Assembly: GCA_020349885.1 (NCBI GenBank)
Contig: CP070701.1
Location: 907,880-971,879 of the forward strand
Direction of reading: 5' to 3'
Source of the DNA: Acidobacteriota bacterium
Lineage (GTDB): Bacteria; Acidobacteriota; G020349885
Length of the DNA stretch: 64,000 bases
The translations under genes and the position numbers were made by a program. The notes under the pieces are model-generated. The model saw nothing but the letters and a program-made list of their open reading frames with translations, was not told the origin of the DNA and did no database searches. Shown here piece by piece: positions 60,793 through 64,000 of this stretch; the stretch's first letter is position 1; each line of letters starts with the position of its first letter.

Positions 60793-62223
60793 ATGAGCGA
60801 AACGCCGGGGCGGCCGCGAGGAAAGGCAACCCTCTGGGTTGTGGTTGTCATCGTTGTCGTCGCGGTGGCGGGATGGTGGATGTGGAGAACCCTCCCCTCC
60901 GTTTCCCTTCTCACGCGGGGAGAGGGGGCGGAAGAAAAAAAGGAGGAACAATTCGTCATCGCGGTGGCGCCGTTCTGGGGGCCGGACGAGAGGGCCCTGG
61001 AAAAGGGCCTGGACATGCAGCGCCTGGCGGAGGAAATGTTTGAACAGGAATTGGGGGACGAGGAGAACGTAACGATCCTGGCGGATGATTTCATCCCGCC
61101 CCGCACCGAGGAGGAGGCAAGGGTCCTCGGCGAAACGCTCCAGGCGGACCTCATCCTCTGGGGCCAGATACATACGTTTCCCAGCTACCTGGAAATTCGA
61201 CCCCACCTCGAGCTCCTGAGGACCATCCGGTGGCTGCGGGAGAGGGAGAGTTCCGTGCTGGTGTTTTTCACCCTGCCCGAGGAGATGAGCCTGGAAAAGA
61301 TAGGAGCGCAGGATCTTCGCAACGCGGCGCGTCTCGTGATGGCCGCACACTACCAGGGCGAGCCAGACAAGGCGCTCGGCTTCCTGCAAAAGATCGACCC
61401 TCCCACCGCCGAGAGCCTGCGCTGGCAGGGTAACATTTACGTCTTTCAAAACAACTGGGAAGAAGCGGAAGTCTTATTTCAACAAGCCATCGCGCTCGAC
61501 CCGGAATACGCCGTGCTGCACGTCGACGTGGGATGGGCTCACACCTACCAGGAAGAATACGAGGAGGCGCTTTCGAGCTTTCAGAAGGCCATGGAGCTCG
61601 ACCCGAAGGACGCCGAGGCGCACGCCGGCCTGGGGTGGGCTTATTCCGACCTGGGAAGATACGAGGAAAGCGTACAGGAATTTCTGAAAGCCGTAGCGCT
61701 CGACCCACACAGCTTCGCTACACGCAACGGCCTGGGGTGGGTGTACTACCACATGGGAAGATACGAGGAGAGCGTCCGGGAATTCCAGACGCCCATTCCC
61801 TGGGGTTATAAAGGCGCCGAGCGTCGCACGGCCGCGGCCTCGGAGTACGAGGACAGCTACAGCCAGCTCGCCTACACGCTCGCCCTCCTGAAAACAGGCA
61901 TGGAGAAAGAAGCCCGGGCGCACGAAAAAGAGCTGAGGAAAATCTACGCGGGACTCGCGGAGGCCGAATGGCCCGCGCCCCTGGTGCGCTTCTACGCCGG
62001 CATCATCACGGAAGACGCCGCCCTCGAAGCGGCTGAAAGCGACGACGAGGAGACCGACCGCGGCCAGAAGTGCGAGGCGTACTACTACGTCGGCATGCGG
62101 CGCCTTCTCGGCGGCGACCGGGAAAAGGCCGGGGAATTTTTTAAAAAATGCCTAGCGACCGGGGCGACGACCTTCCCCGAATACCGCAGCACCGAGCGGG
62201 AGCTGGGACAATCGGAGCAGTAG
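60793..62223 (+). CDS. Membrane-anchored TPR family protein, paralog 6 (same family as the 33974-41846 array)
   Basis: FVIAVAPFWGPDERALEKG...ADLILWGQIHTF, TPR repeats, and the C-terminal QKCEAYYYVG...FKKCLATGATTFPEYRSTERELGQ. Confidence 0.8.
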   Translation: MSETPGRPRGKATLWVVVVIVVVAVAGWWMWRTLPSVSLLTRGEGAEEKKEEQFVIAVAPFWGPDERALEKGLDMQRLAEEMFEQELGDEENVTILADDFIPPRTEEEARVLGETLQADLILWGQIHTFPSYLEIRPHLELLRTIRWLRERESSVLVFFTLPEEMSLEKIGAQDLRNAARLVMAAHYQGEPDKALGFLQKIDPPTAESLRWQGNIYVFQNNWEEAEVLFQQAIALDPEYAVLHVDVGWAHTYQEEYEEALSSFQKAMELDPKDAEAHAGLGWAYSDLGRYEESVQEFLKAVALDPHSFATRNGLGWVYYHMGRYEESVREFQTPIPWGYKGAERRTAAASEYEDSYSQLAYTLALLKTGMEKEARAHEKELRKIYAGLAEAEWPAPLVRFYAGIITEDAALEAAESDDEETDRGQKCEAYYYVGMRRLLGGDREKAGEFFKKCLATGATTFPEYRSTERELGQSEQ

Positions 62224-62263
62224 CAACCAAGGGGCCACAGGAAGCTAACAGGAAAGGGGTTCC

Positions 62264-63175
62264 ATGCTGATCGAGCCTTGGTTCGTACTTACAATGGTTG
62301 CGGTATTCGGCTACGGGATATCGGACGGATTGTACAAGCAATTCCTCGACGAGAGTATAACGGTCTCCCGTTTCTGCCTGTATTCCGTACCGATAACAAT
62401 CGTGGTCTACGGGTATTATTTTCTGACCAACGAGCACGCTCCGCCGTTTGCTCCGGAGGGGCGCGAGTTTATGTTCTACGTGATACTGGCCGCCACACTG
62501 GAAAACGCGGCATGGATTCTTTCCTTCGAGGCCCTTGTGAGCGGCCCCATCAGTATTATCGCCCCGGTTTGCGCGGCCTATCCGGCCGTGACCGCCGTGC
62601 TGATCTTCCTTGATGCGCGCTTCACCCATCTTTTGGATGAAACCCTGTCCCCCCATCAATACCTAGGGGTTGCGTTGGTCGTCATCGGCTGCATGGGCAT
62701 TGCGTACGAGCCTTCCACTCCCACGGAAAAGCCCGCGCGCCGATTTCTAGGGATACCCATATGGTTTATAGAGTGCGTTCTTGCCGCGATTCTATGGGGG
62801 ATCGGAGGGATGATGGACGGCTGGGTCTATGAGCTGCCCAATGCGAGCGAGGCCAATTTCGCGTTGTTTGCGGGGATTGCCACGGCGCTCGCGCTCCTTT
62901 TCTACGGCCTGATTCAGGAGCGCGAGTGGAAATTCCCCCCGATAAAGGAACCGCTGCAGGCCTTCATTCCGCTTGGGCTTAACGCCGTCGGCGACGTGGC
63001 GATCATGGTCGCCTATAACATGGGCCCGGCCACGCTCGTGACGACCCTGTCGGCCGCTTCCATCCCGATAACGCTGGTGTATGCGTTCATCATCCTCAGT
63101 GAGAGGCTTAATCGCTTTCAGTGGACGTGCATCACGCTTACTTTCATCGGCGCGATTTTATGCTCCGGCCCGTAG
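62264..63175 (+). CDS. DMT superfamily (EamA-like) transporter, paralog 3
   Basis: 303 aa. Lies 40 nt downstream of TPR paralog 6 with a GGAAAGGGG RBS, so it is probably co-transcribed. Confidence 0.75.
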   Translation: MLIEPWFVLTMVAVFGYGISDGLYKQFLDESITVSRFCLYSVPITIVVYGYYFLTNEHAPPFAPEGREFMFYVILAATLENAAWILSFEALVSGPISIIAPVCAAYPAVTAVLIFLDARFTHLLDETLSPHQYLGVALVVIGCMGIAYEPSTPTEKPARRFLGIPIWFIECVLAAILWGIGGMMDGWVYELPNASEANFALFAGIATALALLFYGLIQEREWKFPPIKEPLQAFIPLGLNAVGDVAIMVAYNMGPATLVTTLSAASIPITLVYAFIILSERLNRFQWTCITLTFIGAILCSGP

Positions 63176-63288
63176 TAGCAAATCGGGACCGCTTGTGGTA
63201 GAGCGAGAGACCTTTAAAAACCGCCGTGTGTTGTGTAACGGATTCCTGTAACCCAATGAACAGATGAAGACAAAGGAATTATTCGAGC

Positions 63289-64000
63289 ATGCTTTTATTT
63301 GAGCCCTGGTTCGGGCTTTCATTGATTGCGGTATTCAGTTACGGGATATCGGACGGAGTGTACAAGCAATTCCTCGACGAGAGCATATCGGTCTCCCGTT
63401 TCTGCGCGTACGGCGCAATTACGACGATCTTGTTCTACGGAGGGTTCGCCTGGTACTGGCATCTGACCGAGGACCATCCTATGCCGTTCGCTCTCCATGA
63501 TTTAGAGTTTATGCTCTACGGGACTCTGTCCAGCACACTGGAGACCACGGCCTGGATTCTTACATTTGAAGCCATTGTGCACGGCCCCGTAAGTATCGTC
63601 GGCCCGATATCCGCGGCCTATCCGGCCGTGACCGCTGTTATCGTCATTCTTGATGCGCGCTACATCCATCTTTTGGATGAAATCCTGTTCCCCTGGCAAT
63701 ACGTGGGGGTTGCGGTGGTCATCCTAGGTTGCATGGGCATCGCGTACGAGCCTTCCTCTCCCACGGAGAAGCCCTCGCGCAAGATTTTAGGGATACCCAT
63801 ATGGTTTTACCAGTCCGCCCTTGCCGCGATTCTATGGGGGATCGGGGGGTTCATGGACCGCTGGGTCTACGAGCTGCCCAATGCGAGCGAGGCCAATTTT
63901 TTAATATACGGGGGAATTGGCGATGTGATATATCTCGGCGGCTACGGCCTGATCCGGGCGCGCGTGAAGAAAGAGTGGGACTTCTCGTTCAAGGAGTTTG
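63289..64000 (+). CDS. DMT superfamily (EamA-like) transporter, paralog 4 (3' end outside window)
   Basis: ATG at 63289. MLLFEPWFGLSLIAVFSYGISDGVYKQFLDESISVSRFC aligns with paralog 3. The open frame runs to the window end. Confidence 0.65.
   Translation, partial: MLLFEPWFGLSLIAVFSYGISDGVYKQFLDESISVSRFCAYGAITTILFYGGFAWYWHLTEDHPMPFALHDLEFMLYGTLSSTLETTAWILTFEAIVHGPVSIVGPISAAYPAVTAVIVILDARYIHLLDEILFPWQYVGVAVVILGCMGIAYEPSSPTEKPSRKILGIPIWFYQSALAAILWGIGGFMDRWVYELPNASEANFLIYGGIGDVIYLGGYGLIRARVKKEWDFSFKEF

Overview
This 64-kb window is high-GC bacterial DNA, probably from an uncultivated Gram-negative organism. Genes are densely packed, often with 4-nt ATGA overlaps, and there are no transposases, integrases or CRISPR arrays. 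Gene calls were made by reading the six-frame translations; no searches were run.

Housekeeping genes recognised: trxB, trxA, alaS, ppc, maf, the rpsI-rpsB-tsf cluster, clpP, tig, tRNA-Leu(TAG), tRNA-Lys(CTT), coaD, serA, moaC and an mtaB-like methylthiotransferase.

Four accessory regions stand out:
1. A tight co-directional array of five paralogous membrane-anchored TPR proteins (33974-41846), with a sixth copy at 60793. They share a conserved non-TPR N-terminal domain and a C-terminal Cys-containing motif.
2. A SiaABC-like partner-switching module (42190-46025): a periplasmic PBP-like protein, a membrane sensor PP2C phosphatase, an RsbW-type kinase, a DUF1987 protein and a Zn-ribbon protein, but no diguanylate cyclase. 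A second orphan DUF1987 gene is translationally coupled to trxB.
3. A cluster of four paralogous DMT/EamA-type transporters (57476-64000), interleaved with a homocysteine S-methyltransferase and the sixth TPR paralog. Two of these genes are preceded by a conserved hairpin leader that shows a compensatory base change. A divergent XRE-HTH/TPR regulator at 55808-57025 has a decayed duplicate of its own 5' end just upstream.
4. A 'sulfatase'-TPR fusion whose catalytic motif reads T-L-P-S-H rather than C-x-P-x-R.

Many long ORFs in the supplied track are arginine/alanine-rich reading-frame artefacts of the high GC content and are rejected below.
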